DNA of 64,000 nt from Roseibacillus sp. (GTDB lineage: Bacteria; Verrucomicrobiota; Verrucomicrobiia; Verrucomicrobiales; Akkermansiaceae): the NCBI GenBank assembly GCA_051251855.1, contig JBPOGI010000004.1:1-64000 (forward strand). The letters are read 5' to 3'. Shown piece by piece: positions 28,865 to 38,226 of the stretch (its first letter is position 1; each line of letters begins with the position of its first letter). A model generated the notes under the pieces. That model was not told the origin of the DNA. It worked only from the letters and a program-made list of their open reading frames with translations, and made no database searches. A program made the position numbers and the translations under genes.

Positions 28865-31800
28865 CTACACAGCCTCCCTCCGTAACGATCTCCTCGCCAC
28901 TAGCGACTCCAAGCTCGCGTAGAGTGCAGGCAACAGCAGCAGCGTCAGTGCCGTCGAGGTTAGCGTTCCTCCAACAACTACCACCGCCAACGGCTTCTGA
29001 ATCTCAGAGCCCGGCCCCGTCGCAAAGAGAATTGGAATCAATCCCACGATGGTCAAAAGCGCAGTCATCATCACAGGACGGAATCGACGCTGCGCCCCAG
29101 CAAAGGCCGCCTCCTCGATTCCCAAATCAGACTCTTCTCGCAATTGATTCAGATACGACACCAGCACCACTCCGTTCATCACTGCCATCCCCAACAAGGC
29201 AATAAATCCAATTGAAGCCGGCACCGAGAGATAGAACCCCGAAAGAAAGAGCGCGAACACGCCTCCGATGAGCGCGAAGGGAATATTGAGTAAAATTAAA
29301 ACCGCCTGCCGCATATTCTGGAAGGTCGTGTAAAGAATCAGAAAAATGACCAGCAACACCGCCGGAACAATCACCATCAGGCTTTTCCCCGCCCGAGCCT
29401 CGTTCTCGAACTGTCCGCCAAACTCCAAGCGATAGCCATGCGGCAGCGACACCTCTTGCTCAATGGCCGCCCTCATCTCGTCCACAAAGCCTACCACATC
29501 GCGGCCCGCAACATTACTCTCTATCACAATCATTCGCTCCGCATCCTCGCGGTCAATCGCGCTGGGACCATCAATCTCCTGAATCGAGGCTACCGTGCTC
29601 AGCGGTACCGCCTCCCCCGAAGGCGACTGCAAAGTCAATTGCCCCAGCGAGTTCGGCCCGTTACGCGAGGCCTCAGGATACCTCACAATCACCGGAATAC
29701 GACGCACCCCCTCAATCAGCTCCGTCGCCATCGCGCCCCCAATCGCCTCGCTCACCAAGGTATTAACCGCCTCCGGCTCAATGCCCGTGCGAGACAACAT
29801 CTCATGATTCAAGTCGACCTGATAATAGAGCTGCCCCGTCAAAGGAGTCCGCGCAACGTCAATCGCACCCGGAACCTTAGCCACCACTCCTTCGATACGA
29901 GCCGAAAGCTCCTCCAACCCCGTCAACTCCGGACCCGTCAGCTTAATCGCCACCGCCGAAGTCACCCCCGACAGCATCTCCGACACCCGCATATCAATCG
30001 GCTGCGTAAAGCCGCTCACCACCCCGGGATAGCGGGCCAGAATCACCCGAATCTTCTCCTCCAAGGAAGCAGGATCCGAGTCTAGCCATTCCGAGCGAGG
30101 CTTCGTCTCCAAAAAACAATCCGTCTCGTTCAGCCCCATCGGATCCAGCCGTAACTCATCGGACCCCGTTCGATTGTAGACCCCAATCACCTCGGGCAAG
30201 GCCATCAGGTCTCGAGCAATCTGGTCGTCAATCGCCATCGAACGTTCCAGCGAGATGGAAGGAATCTTCTCAAACTGAAGAACAATCGTGCCCTCATTAA
30301 GCTGAGGCAAAAACTCCCGCCCCGTGCGACTCCCCAGCCAAACACTCAATAATAACAACCCAATAGCAATCAAAGCAACCAGAGCGCGAAAACGCAGACA
30401 AAACCGCAACAAAGGGCGATAGAGAAAGAGCAAAAAACGCGCCAACGGACTCTCCATCCCCTCCCTCCCTTTCATGAAGAGGGTAGCCAACATCGGAATC
30501 GCGGTCAGGCTGAGCACCAACGACACCAAGAGCGAAATCGCAATCGTCAGCGCCAGCGGTCCAAAGAGCTTCCCTTCCATTCCTCTCAAACTCAGCACCG
30601 GAGCCAACGAAACAATGATGATAATCACCCCCGAAACAATGGGCTTAGCCATTTCCACCGCCGCATCACGCAACGCTGCCGCCCGATCGTGCCCCGTCTT
30701 TCCGCGCACGTTGGTCTGAATATTTTCCACCATCACCACCGCCGAATCCACCAGAATCCCAATCGCGACCACGATGCCCCCCAGCGACATCAAGTTAGCC
30801 GAAAGCCCCACTTGCTGCATGATGAAAAAGGCCCCCAGCACCGTCAGCGGCAAAATGAGCCCCGCCGTAATCGCGCTACGAATATCAAAAAGAAAGAGCC
30901 CCAGAACCACCAACACGATCACAATCGATTGCAACAGCGCCGTGTTCACCGTCGAGGTCGCGGTCTCAATGAGCTGCGTCCTGTCATAGAAAGCCCGCAC
31001 AGTCACCCCCTCGGGCAAACTCGGCTTAATCTCCTCCAGCCGCTCCTTCGCCGAGTTGATAGTCTCCCGGCTATTCGCTCCCCGACGCGTCAGCACGATT
31101 CCCTGAATCGCCTCCCCCTTGCCATTCGCGGTCACACCGCCAAAACGAGGCATTCTATCAATCCGAATCTCAGCCAAATCCCGCACCTTCACCGCCACCC
31201 CGTCGCGCTTCCCCACCGTCAGTTGCGAAATATCCTTCTCGCCGTGCAGGCGCGCATCTGTGGTCAGCAACAGCACGCTATCATTTTGCAAAATGTTACC
31301 TCCCCCCGCGTTAGCATTATTGCGCTCAATAGCCTCCACCAAGTCCGTATGGGTAAAGCCAAAGGTCCGCAAGGCCTCCGGCCGTGGTTCGACTAAAACG
31401 GAGCGCACATCGCCACCCAAGGCGTTGACATCTGCCACTCCAGGGAGGGACAACAGTCGCGGCCGAATCATCCAATCAAGGTATCCCCGCAATTCGGCAC
31501 GGGTATGCCCCTCGCCCTCCACCAAGAACATATAGGCTTCACTCAAGGGCGTCGTCACAGGACCCAAACCGCCTTCCACCCCCTCGGGCAAGTCCGCGAG
31601 CACCTGCGCAATCCGCTGGTTCACCTGCTGGCGCGCCCAATCCAAATCCGTTTCATCCGTAAAATCGGTCGTAATCACACAGAGCCCGTACTTGGTCATC
31701 GAGCGCAATACCGTCTGGTCAGGAATCCCCCGAATCTCAATCTCCAGCGGCTGAGTCACCCTTTGTTCCACCTCCTCGGGCGTCATCCCGGGAGCCTTCA

Positions 31801-31951
31801 CAATCACCTGCACCTGCGTGGTGGTGATATCCGGAAAAGCATCAATCGGCAGCGCCTTAAAGGCCCGCCATCCCAGTAAGCAAAGCACCGCAGTGAGCAC
31901 GAACACTAACAGCCTGTTAGACAGTGCGAAGGTAACGAGTTTGGAAAACAT
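28865..31951 (-). CDS. czcA: CusA/CzcA family heavy-metal efflux RND transporter
   Basis: LPIDAFPDIT, PEEVEQRVT, ANLMSLGG, GILVDSAVVMVENI, RFRPVMMTAL and GSEIQKPLA motifs. Confidence 0.93.
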   Translation of the reverse strand: MFSKLVTFALSNRLLVFVLTAVLCLLGWRAFKALPIDAFPDITTTQVQVIVKAPGMTPEEVEQRVTQPLEIEIRGIPDQTVLRSMTKYGLCVITTDFTDETDLDWARQQVNQRIAQVLADLPEGVEGGLGPVTTPLSEAYMFLVEGEGHTRAELRGYLDWMIRPRLLSLPGVADVNALGGDVRSVLVEPRPEALRTFGFTHTDLVEAIERNNANAGGGNILQNDSVLLLTTDARLHGEKDISQLTVGKRDGVAVKVRDLAEIRIDRMPRFGGVTANGKGEAIQGIVLTRRGANSRETINSAKERLEEIKPSLPEGVTVRAFYDRTQLIETATSTVNTALLQSIVIVLVVLGLFLFDIRSAITAGLILPLTVLGAFFIMQQVGLSANLMSLGGIVVAIGILVDSAVVMVENIQTNVRGKTGHDRAAALRDAAVEMAKPIVSGVIIIIVSLAPVLSLRGMEGKLFGPLALTIAISLLVSLVLSLTAIPMLATLFMKGREGMESPLARFLLFLYRPLLRFCLRFRALVALIAIGLLLLSVWLGSRTGREFLPQLNEGTIVLQFEKIPSISLERSMAIDDQIARDLMALPEVIGVYNRTGSDELRLDPMGLNETDCFLETKPRSEWLDSDPASLEEKIRVILARYPGVVSGFTQPIDMRVSEMLSGVTSAVAIKLTGPELTGLEELSARIEGVVAKVPGAIDVARTPLTGQLYYQVDLNHEMLSRTGIEPEAVNTLVSEAIGGAMATELIEGVRRIPVIVRYPEASRNGPNSLGQLTLQSPSGEAVPLSTVASIQEIDGPSAIDREDAERMIVIESNVAGRDVVGFVDEMRAAIEQEVSLPHGYRLEFGGQFENEARAGKSLMVIVPAVLLVIFLILYTTFQNMRQAVLILLNIPFALIGGVFALFLSGFYLSVPASIGFIALLGMAVMNGVVLVSYLNQLREESDLGIEEAAFAGAQRRFRPVMMTALLTIVGLIPILFATGPGSEIQKPLAVVVVGGTLTSTALTLLLLPALYASLESLVARRSLRREAV

Positions 31952-31975
31952 AATAGGTAATATTTTGAGTGTTCT

Positions 31976-33100
31976 TTACTCCTCGCCAGCGCGCTCCTCA
32001 TACGCCGCCAACAACAAGCTCGCTCGCTGGCCTACCACACGCGCCCCTTCATCGAGCCCATCGACAATCTCCACCCACTGCTGAGACCGCACACCCAGAG
32101 TGACAGCCACCGGACGATAGTCCCCCTCCAACTCCACAAAGAGATAACTTTCTCCCTCAATGGAAACCAGCGCCCCCGCCGGAGCGGCCAACACCTTCTG
32201 AGTATCAGGAGAAACCAAGGACGCATTGACCGGAGTCCCCACCAACCATTGCCCCTCTTCGTTAGAAAGCGTCGCATACACCGTCGCGGTGAGAGACTGA
32301 CCGCTCGCAATTGGGTTCACCCTCACAATGGTCGCCGAACCACGCCGAGTCTCACCGACCACTGTTTCAAAGTCGATCTTACCACCCACGCGCACCCAAC
32401 CCATCGCTTGCAAAGGCACCCGCAGTTCAACCAAAAGCTGCGACAGATCCGCCAACTCGCAGAAGACCTCATTGCCCTCCACCGCGTCACCCGCAGACTT
32501 CATTTTCCCAATCACCAGCCCCGTCAAAGGAGCCTTAATCGCCATGTCAGTGAACTCCGGCGTCAAGCCTCCCTCGCGCAGCGCCGTCAACTCCACTGGC
32601 GTGCGCACCAGCAAAGCCATTTGCATGGCCGCTGCTTGAGCAGCACGCGCCTCTCGATAGGTTGCAAAAGCATTGAGATAAGCATCCTCCGTGGTCATCT
32701 TCTTCGCCTTAAGACCCTTCTCACGCTCATAGAGCACCCGCGCCGTCTCCAACTTTTCTACTGCCTCCAGATAAGCCACCATCACCTCTCCCACCTCGCG
32801 ACTCCGCAGCTTACAGAGTTCCTCCCCCGCCACAATACCCTCACCCAACTGCTTGTGGTCACGCACCACTTGCCCCGCAAAAAAGCTACTCACCGCTCGA
32901 CGGCGCGTGGGGTCAATCGCGAGTTCACCCGTCACAACCACAGGGTCGCCCACCGCCTTTTCCTGCAAGGGACTTGCCGAAATCCCCAATCGCTGCACCT
33001 CCTCAGGCGTCAACGAGATAGCAGTCAAGGACTCCCCGAACGCCGCTCGAAGCAGGGTCAAGGAGAGAAGAACAAAGGAGAGAGTTTGAGAAATTTTCAT
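31976..33100 (-). CDS. czcB: RND efflux periplasmic adaptor (CzcB-like membrane fusion protein)
   Basis: Lipoyl-like half motifs (IKAPLTG...GDAV), LADLSQL and VEIVDGLDEGARVV; located between the TolC-family and RND genes. Confidence 0.88.
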   Translation of the reverse strand: MKISQTLSFVLLSLTLLRAAFGESLTAISLTPEEVQRLGISASPLQEKAVGDPVVVTGELAIDPTRRRAVSSFFAGQVVRDHKQLGEGIVAGEELCKLRSREVGEVMVAYLEAVEKLETARVLYEREKGLKAKKMTTEDAYLNAFATYREARAAQAAAMQMALLVRTPVELTALREGGLTPEFTDMAIKAPLTGLVIGKMKSAGDAVEGNEVFCELADLSQLLVELRVPLQAMGWVRVGGKIDFETVVGETRRGSATIVRVNPIASGQSLTATVYATLSNEEGQWLVGTPVNASLVSPDTQKVLAAPAGALVSIEGESYLFVELEGDYRPVAVTLGVRSQQWVEIVDGLDEGARVVGQRASLLLAAYEERAGEE

Positions 33101-33123
33101 GGAATAAATGAGGAGTAAAAAAG

Positions 33124-34458
33124 TTAGAGTGATTGATTGGTGAGCGCCTGCACGCGTGCGGCAGCAAGTTGATATTCGAGACGACTTTCCAGCCACCTAC
33201 TACGAACCTCGTAGAATTGTTTTTGAGCGGAGAGATACTCCAAGGCAGTGAACTTGCCTTCGCGAAAACTCCCCTCCGCCGAGCGGAACAGTCGCGTCGC
33301 AGCGGGCAACAGGTCGCGCTCCACCTTGCTGGCCAGTTCTCGAGCCGAAGCCAAGTCCGCCCATGCGAGCGAGAATTCGTTGTCCACCTCTCTGCTCGCC
33401 GCTTTCACCTCCAGCTGCGCTTTTTCAATGAGGGCCCGACTTTCGACCACCTCATCCTGCTTCCTATCAAAGAGCGGCAGCGGCAAGGACACCCCCACAA
33501 GAGCCGAGGAATCATCGTCGGCATTGTTGTAACGCAAGCCACCCGTCAGCGCTATATCGCTATGCTGGTTCGCCCGCGCCAACCCCTCAGCCGCCTGCGC
33601 TTCGGCCACCTTCGCCTCGGCCAGCAACCGCTTGGGATGGCGACCCAACTCACCGCGAAAACCACTCGCCGACGACAGGCTTTCAGCCGGACCGCCCAGA
33701 GCAGCCGCCAAGCGATAGTCCCGCCCCGAGGCATCGCCCCACTGCAAAGCCAGCGCCCGCAAAGCCCGCTTGCGTGCCTGCTCGGCAGTGGCAATTTCGA
33801 GCTCGGTATTCACCAACGAAACCTTGGCCTGCTGGTCCGCCGCCTCCGTGCCACGGCCTTCCGCCACCATCGCCGAAACCAATTCCACCGTCTCACGTTC
33901 GCGCTGCAAGCCCGCCCGCAAAAAGGAAAGCTCCTCCTGCGCCGCCACCGCCTCTAGGTATTGCTCACTGGTCGCCATAATGACCTCCAGCCGCTTGACC
34001 CCATACTCGGCCAACATCACCGAGCGCTCCGCCTGCGCCAAGCCTTGCCGCGCCTGCCGCTTGCCTCCGGTCTCTAGCACTTGCGTGATTTGCGCGTTAA
34101 AGACAGCCGAACGCAGCCCGCGCGTTTCGTCTGTTCCAAAAAAGTCTTCCCCATCGAAGCCTACCTCGGGGTTGGGCATCCGCGTCGCCTTCAACACACG
34201 CGCATCCGAGGCTCGCAAATCCATGGGATAAGTCGCCAGCGAGGGATGATGCTGAATCGCCAGCCCGCAGGCTTCCGCGAGATTCAATTGGCTTGGAGTG
34301 CTCCCCACCGTCAGTTCACGGGAGGAATTTTGCGCATAGGGCAAAGGGATGAGTTCCTTGGCCGAGCCCCCCCACTCCTCCGAAACAGAAGGAGCACAGG
34401 AACCGAGCGCCAGAACCACCAAGGGCAGGCTAAAAGTAAATTGAGATAAAGAGGCCAT
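33124..34458 (-). CDS. czcC: TolC/CzcC family outer membrane efflux lipoprotein
   Basis: Lipobox LALGSC; PNPEV, QVLETGGKRQAR, GVSLPLPLFDRKQ and FREGKFTALEYL motifs. ATG 34458 chosen as start. Confidence 0.88.
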   Translation of the reverse strand: MASLSQFTFSLPLVVLALGSCAPSVSEEWGGSAKELIPLPYAQNSSRELTVGSTPSQLNLAEACGLAIQHHPSLATYPMDLRASDARVLKATRMPNPEVGFDGEDFFGTDETRGLRSAVFNAQITQVLETGGKRQARQGLAQAERSVMLAEYGVKRLEVIMATSEQYLEAVAAQEELSFLRAGLQRERETVELVSAMVAEGRGTEAADQQAKVSLVNTELEIATAEQARKRALRALALQWGDASGRDYRLAAALGGPAESLSSASGFRGELGRHPKRLLAEAKVAEAQAAEGLARANQHSDIALTGGLRYNNADDDSSALVGVSLPLPLFDRKQDEVVESRALIEKAQLEVKAASREVDNEFSLAWADLASARELASKVERDLLPAATRLFRSAEGSFREGKFTALEYLSAQKQFYEVRSRWLESRLEYQLAAARVQALTNQSL

Positions 34459-34571
34459 AAGGTTTGGCGAAAAAAAGAAGTCGAGAAAACGAGGCTCTAC
34501 CCCATCCATTGCGGAGGCAGAACAATCCAGATGCTCAAAGGAGACATCGTGAAGAAACAAAAGGGGCGAAC

Positions 34572-34621
34572 AAAAAAAGCACCCCACCACAAACGACCTT
34601 CTTGTCGTCAGCGAGAGTGCT
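34572..34621 (-). terminator. Imperfect hairpin plus U7, a candidate attenuator between the uORF and czcC
   Basis: Minus strand AGCACTCTCGCTGACGAC-AAGAAG-GTCGTTTGTGGTGGGGTGC-TTTTTTT, beginning 12 nt after the uORF stop. Confidence 0.55.
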
Positions 34622-34633
34622 CAGCCCAGTTCT

Positions 34634-35059
34634 TCAAAGTAAGAAAGCGCAATGCGCGAGGTAACTACGCCCTTCGGCGAATCCTACGAGGTGCCAATTG
34701 GGCGGACCTCGGTTAGAAAGTGCACTCAAGGCCACTCCGCTCAAGCTCTGCTCAAGTCCACAATCCGTAGCCGAAACCACCAGAGTCTGCGGTCCATCTT
34801 TTAGCGTGACTTCATCATCACTAGCAAAGGGGTCAGGTTGCGCATCCAGACAGTGGCAATTCGAATCACTCGGCAGGCCGATCGTAACGACAGTAGAATC
34901 ACTGGACGCGCTCTCAGTATGCGAAGCCTTTCCTAGTAAAGCCTCTAACTGGCACTCACAAGTCGGCAAAACCACCCAAGCCGCAAAGACCGCCAAACAA
35001 GCGCTCACGAGCACTCGAAAGAGTGACGAACGGTCAGATGAAGTGGCGGAAGCGAACAT
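34634..35059 (-). CDS. Cys/His-containing leader protein with RGPP motif (DUF2946/CzcI-like)
   Basis: N-terminal hydrophobic segment, CEC and CHC motifs, RGPP at 34700-34711; lies directly upstream of czcC on the same strand. Confidence 0.65.
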   Translation of the reverse strand: MFASATSSDRSSLFRVLVSACLAVFAAWVVLPTCECQLEALLGKASHTESASSDSTVVTIGLPSDSNCHCLDAQPDPFASDDEVTLKDGPQTLVVSATDCGLEQSLSGVALSALSNRGPPNWHLVGFAEGRSYLAHCAFLL

Positions 35060-35227
35060 GTAATCAATAGGTGACAAGAACCAAATCTCATGACTTGGTC
35101 TCTAGGGCAATACGAAATTGCACCCCCCCTCTATCAAAAAAGACGCAGCAATCTCCCTCTAATGCAAATAAGTGATTGTCTTGCCCGTCCGCTTTCCCCA
35201 ACCTCCCGCTCCTTCCCACGAAAAAAA

Positions 35228-35309
35228 GCCGCCGTGGCGGAATGGTAGACGCTGTGGATTTAAAATCCATTGACCTTTGGTCGTGCGGGTTCGAGTCCCG
35301 CCGGCGGTA
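35228..35309 (+). tRNA. tRNA-Leu (anticodon TAA)
   Basis: Acceptor stem GCCGCCG/CGGCGGT with discriminator A; D-loop GGAATGGTAGAC; anticodon arm GTGGA-TTTAAAA-TCCAT; long variable arm; T-loop GGTTCGAGTCC. CCA is not encoded. Confidence 0.96.
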
Positions 35310-35338
35310 TTTAATCTGCTTCCTGTAGAAGCCATTCG

Positions 35339-36394
35339 ATGAATTTTAATTCTGACAACTGGGCAGGAGCCCACCCCACCATTTCTCAGAACCTTCTGGT
35401 GCACAGCGAAGGGATGGCCGCCGCCTATGGACAAAGCGAACTCGACAAGCAGGTCGAGGCGCTATTCAGCCAAATCTTCGAACACGAAGTGGCGGTCTTT
35501 TTTGTAGGGACTGGAACTGCTGCTAACTCACTGGGAATGGCAGCCGTCAATCGCCCGGGTGGAGTCTGCTTCTGTCACAACGAAGCCCACATGGTGAAGG
35601 ATGAGTGCGGCGCTCCAGAATACTTCACTGGAGGAGCACGGCTCCAAACCATCAGCGGAGCGGCTGGAAAAATCAGTTCCCGTGGCCTCGAGCGAGAACT
35701 CAATCACTTCCGCCCCGACTTCGTTCATGCCGGTCAGCCCATGGCGGTGACCATTACCCAGGCTACCGAAACAGGTTCAGTCTACCAACTTCCTGAGATC
35801 GCAGAACTATCTTCCATTTGTAGGAAGAACGACCTCCCTCTTCACATGGACGGGGCGCGATTTGCCAATGCCCTCGCCTCGCTTGAGGTCTCTCCTGCCG
35901 AGATGACTTGGCGCCAAGGAGTAGATATCCTGTCCTTCGGAGGAACGAAAAATGGCTGCTGGTGCGCTGAAGCCCTCCTCTTCTTCAATCCCAGCCAATC
36001 AGAACAACTCCCCTACATTCGAAAGCGAGCCGCTCAGCTTTTCTCCAAAACCCGCTTTATCGCCGCCCAATTCGAAGCCTACTTCAAGAATGACCTCTGG
36101 CTCAAACTCGCTCGCCATGCCAACGAAATGGCGGCTGAACTTGGCGATATCATATCTCAAAGCGAAGTCCTTCGTCTCGCCTGGCCAGTGGAAGCCAATG
36201 AAGTCTTCGTCATCGCTCCCCACACGGAGATCGCTCGCTGGCAGAAAGCCGGTGCCGGACTCTATGATTGGCCTATCCCAGAGGAATTACAGGAAAGCAT
36301 TGCCCACAACGAACAGTTGGTGCGCCTCGTCACCAACTACCAGACCAGTCGCGAAGAACTCTCCCAATTTCGAGCTCTTGTGACCCAGAGTTAG
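35339..36394 (+). CDS. ltaE: Low-specificity L-threonine aldolase
   Basis: NFNSDN, GTGTAAN, DECGAPE, TQATETGSVY, LHMDGARFANA and SFGGTKNG (PLP lysine) motifs. Confidence 0.92.
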   Translation: MNFNSDNWAGAHPTISQNLLVHSEGMAAAYGQSELDKQVEALFSQIFEHEVAVFFVGTGTAANSLGMAAVNRPGGVCFCHNEAHMVKDECGAPEYFTGGARLQTISGAAGKISSRGLERELNHFRPDFVHAGQPMAVTITQATETGSVYQLPEIAELSSICRKNDLPLHMDGARFANALASLEVSPAEMTWRQGVDILSFGGTKNGCWCAEALLFFNPSQSEQLPYIRKRAAQLFSKTRFIAAQFEAYFKNDLWLKLARHANEMAAELGDIISQSEVLRLAWPVEANEVFVIAPHTEIARWQKAGAGLYDWPIPEELQESIAHNEQLVRLVTNYQTSREELSQFRALVTQS

Positions 36395-36463
36395 CTCACT
36401 CACCAATCCTTGCTTTCTCGCAAAGTCCCTGCTTAGCTCCGCCTCCCAAAAACAAGCATTCTT

Positions 36464-37852
36464 ATGGCCAACAAAGACCAAACCGATCCCGTCCGCATGG
36501 AAAAAATCGTGTCCCTCTGCAAGCGCAAGGGCTTCATCTTCCAATCTGGCGAACTCTACGGCGGCCTCAATGGATGCTGGGACATGGGTCCCCTCGGTGC
36601 CGAACTCAAGCGTAACGTCAAAGAAATTTGGTGGCGTCGCAACGTGCAGGAGCGCGACGACGTCCTCGGCATGGACGGCTCCATCCTCACTCACCAAGCC
36701 GTTCTCACCGCATCCGGCCACGTGGGCGGATTCTCCGATCCCATGGTCGACTGCAAAACCTGTAAAGGTCGCTATCGTGCCGACAGCCTCGACACTCTCG
36801 AGTGCGGAAAGAAGCCGTCTTGTAATCCAGGCGAAGGCAAAGAGTGCGCTCTCACTGAGCCGCGCTCCTTCGACCTCATGCTCTCCACCAAGCTCGGCGC
36901 CATGGCCGGCGACGATGATCCAAAGGCCATTGCCTACCTCCGCCCCGAGACCGCGCAATCCATCTTCGTGCAATATAAGAACGTGATGGACTCTAACCGA
37001 GTCAAACTCCCCTTCGGTATTGCCCAGATCGGAAAGTCCTTCCGCAACGAGATCAACCCACGCAACTACATCTTCCGCAGCCGTGAGTTTGAGCAAATGG
37101 AAATCGAATTTTTCTGCCACCCTGACGACGGCCTCCGCCTCACTGACGAATGGCTCGAACAACGCCTGCAATGGTATGCCGAAGTCGGCATCCCTCGCGA
37201 GAAGCTGCACGTGCTTGATATCCCCGATGGCGAGCGCGCCCACTACTCCGAGAAAACCTACGACATCGAGTATGAGTTCCCCTTTGGTATCCAAGAACTC
37301 GAAGGGGTTGCCTATCGTGGAGCTTACGACCTCACCAAGCACAATGATGCTTCCGGTAAGTCGCTCGAATACCGCGACGATGAAACAAAAGAAAAGTTCA
37401 TCCCCCACGTCGTGGAACCATCCGCCGGATGCGACCGCACCGTACTCGCTCTTCTTTGCGAGGCCTTCGACGAAGAGGACCTCACCAAAGAAGGCGGCAA
37501 GACCGACATCCGCACCGTGATGCGCTTCTCCCCCAAAGTGGCTCCCGTGAAAGCCGCCGTCTTCCCTCTTCTCAAAAAGAACGGAGAACAAGTCCGTATA
37601 GCCAAAGAAATTCAACTCGAACTTCAAAAGTGGATGAACGTGCAATACGACGATGGCGGAGCCGTTGGTCGTCGTTATCGTCGCCAAGACGAAATTGGAA
37701 CTCCCTTCTGCATCACCGTGGACTTCGAAACCCTCGGCGAAGAAGGCGAAGAGCTTAAAGGCACCGTCACCATCCGCGAGCGTGACTCCATGGAGCAAAC
37801 CCGCCTCCCCATTGACGAAGTGCTCGCTTACTTGTTGAAGCGAATTCGATAG
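36464..37852 (+). CDS. glyQS: Glycine--tRNA ligase (homodimeric alpha2 type)
   Basis: YLRPETAQ, GIAQIGKSFRNEI, FRSREFEQMEIE, PHVVEPSAG and GRRYRRQDEIGTPFCITVD motifs. Confidence 0.97.
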   Translation: MANKDQTDPVRMEKIVSLCKRKGFIFQSGELYGGLNGCWDMGPLGAELKRNVKEIWWRRNVQERDDVLGMDGSILTHQAVLTASGHVGGFSDPMVDCKTCKGRYRADSLDTLECGKKPSCNPGEGKECALTEPRSFDLMLSTKLGAMAGDDDPKAIAYLRPETAQSIFVQYKNVMDSNRVKLPFGIAQIGKSFRNEINPRNYIFRSREFEQMEIEFFCHPDDGLRLTDEWLEQRLQWYAEVGIPREKLHVLDIPDGERAHYSEKTYDIEYEFPFGIQELEGVAYRGAYDLTKHNDASGKSLEYRDDETKEKFIPHVVEPSAGCDRTVLALLCEAFDEEDLTKEGGKTDIRTVMRFSPKVAPVKAAVFPLLKKNGEQVRIAKEIQLELQKWMNVQYDDGGAVGRRYRRQDEIGTPFCITVDFETLGEEGEELKGTVTIRERDSMEQTRLPIDEVLAYLLKRIR

Positions 37853-37883
37853 CCGACAGCGACCCCACTTTCGATTTTGATAC

Positions 37884-37914
37884 AATGCTAAGGCTCTCAG
37901 CCTTAGCATTTTTT
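37884..37914 (+). terminator. Rho-independent terminator after glyQS
   Basis: AATGCTAAGGCT-CTC-AGCCTTAGCATT-TTTT, perfect 12-bp stem. Confidence 0.85.
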
Positions 37915-38065
37915 ATGAGCTCATTCCTAGAGCTCACCTTCACCTCTCATTAAAATATTACAGACACCCATAAAATCGGGACAAAATGACTCATGATCTT
38001 GGTTTATTTTAAATATTTTTAAATAAATTCCTTGGAAGAAGCCGGAAATATGTAAAATTATTTCC

Positions 38066-38164
38066 ATGCTATTTAAGGATAAGTCCAAAATCGGAGCGTC
38101 TGAGATGTTCTTCTTCATCGTCATGACGCTCGTTCTCCTCATCACTCCCTTCTTCATGGGTTGA
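38066..38164 (+). CDS. Putative 32-aa single-TM small protein
   Basis: MLFKDKSKIGASEMFFFIVMTLVLLITPFFMG*, below the ORF-track length cutoff, preceded by an AT-rich promoter-like region. Confidence 0.45.
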   Translation: MLFKDKSKIGASEMFFFIVMTLVLLITPFFMG

Positions 38165-38226
38165 GACAAGCTGTCATGACCGTTCCCCGCTCTGTTACTG
38201 GAACCCTGTCGTGACTAGGCTACCAC

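Noticed and set aside
35228..35340. Integrative element or group I intron at tRNA-Leu(TAA)
   Set aside because: The anticodon loop is uninterrupted, and I saw no duplicated tRNA 3' end or integrase.
36287..37909. Long antisense or alternative-frame ORFs (540 aa opposite glyQS; also 17642..18847, 17451..18608, 14659..15630, 32249..33118)
   Set aside because: They are shadow ORFs of well-supported genes, produced by biased codon usage, and carry no recognisable motifs.
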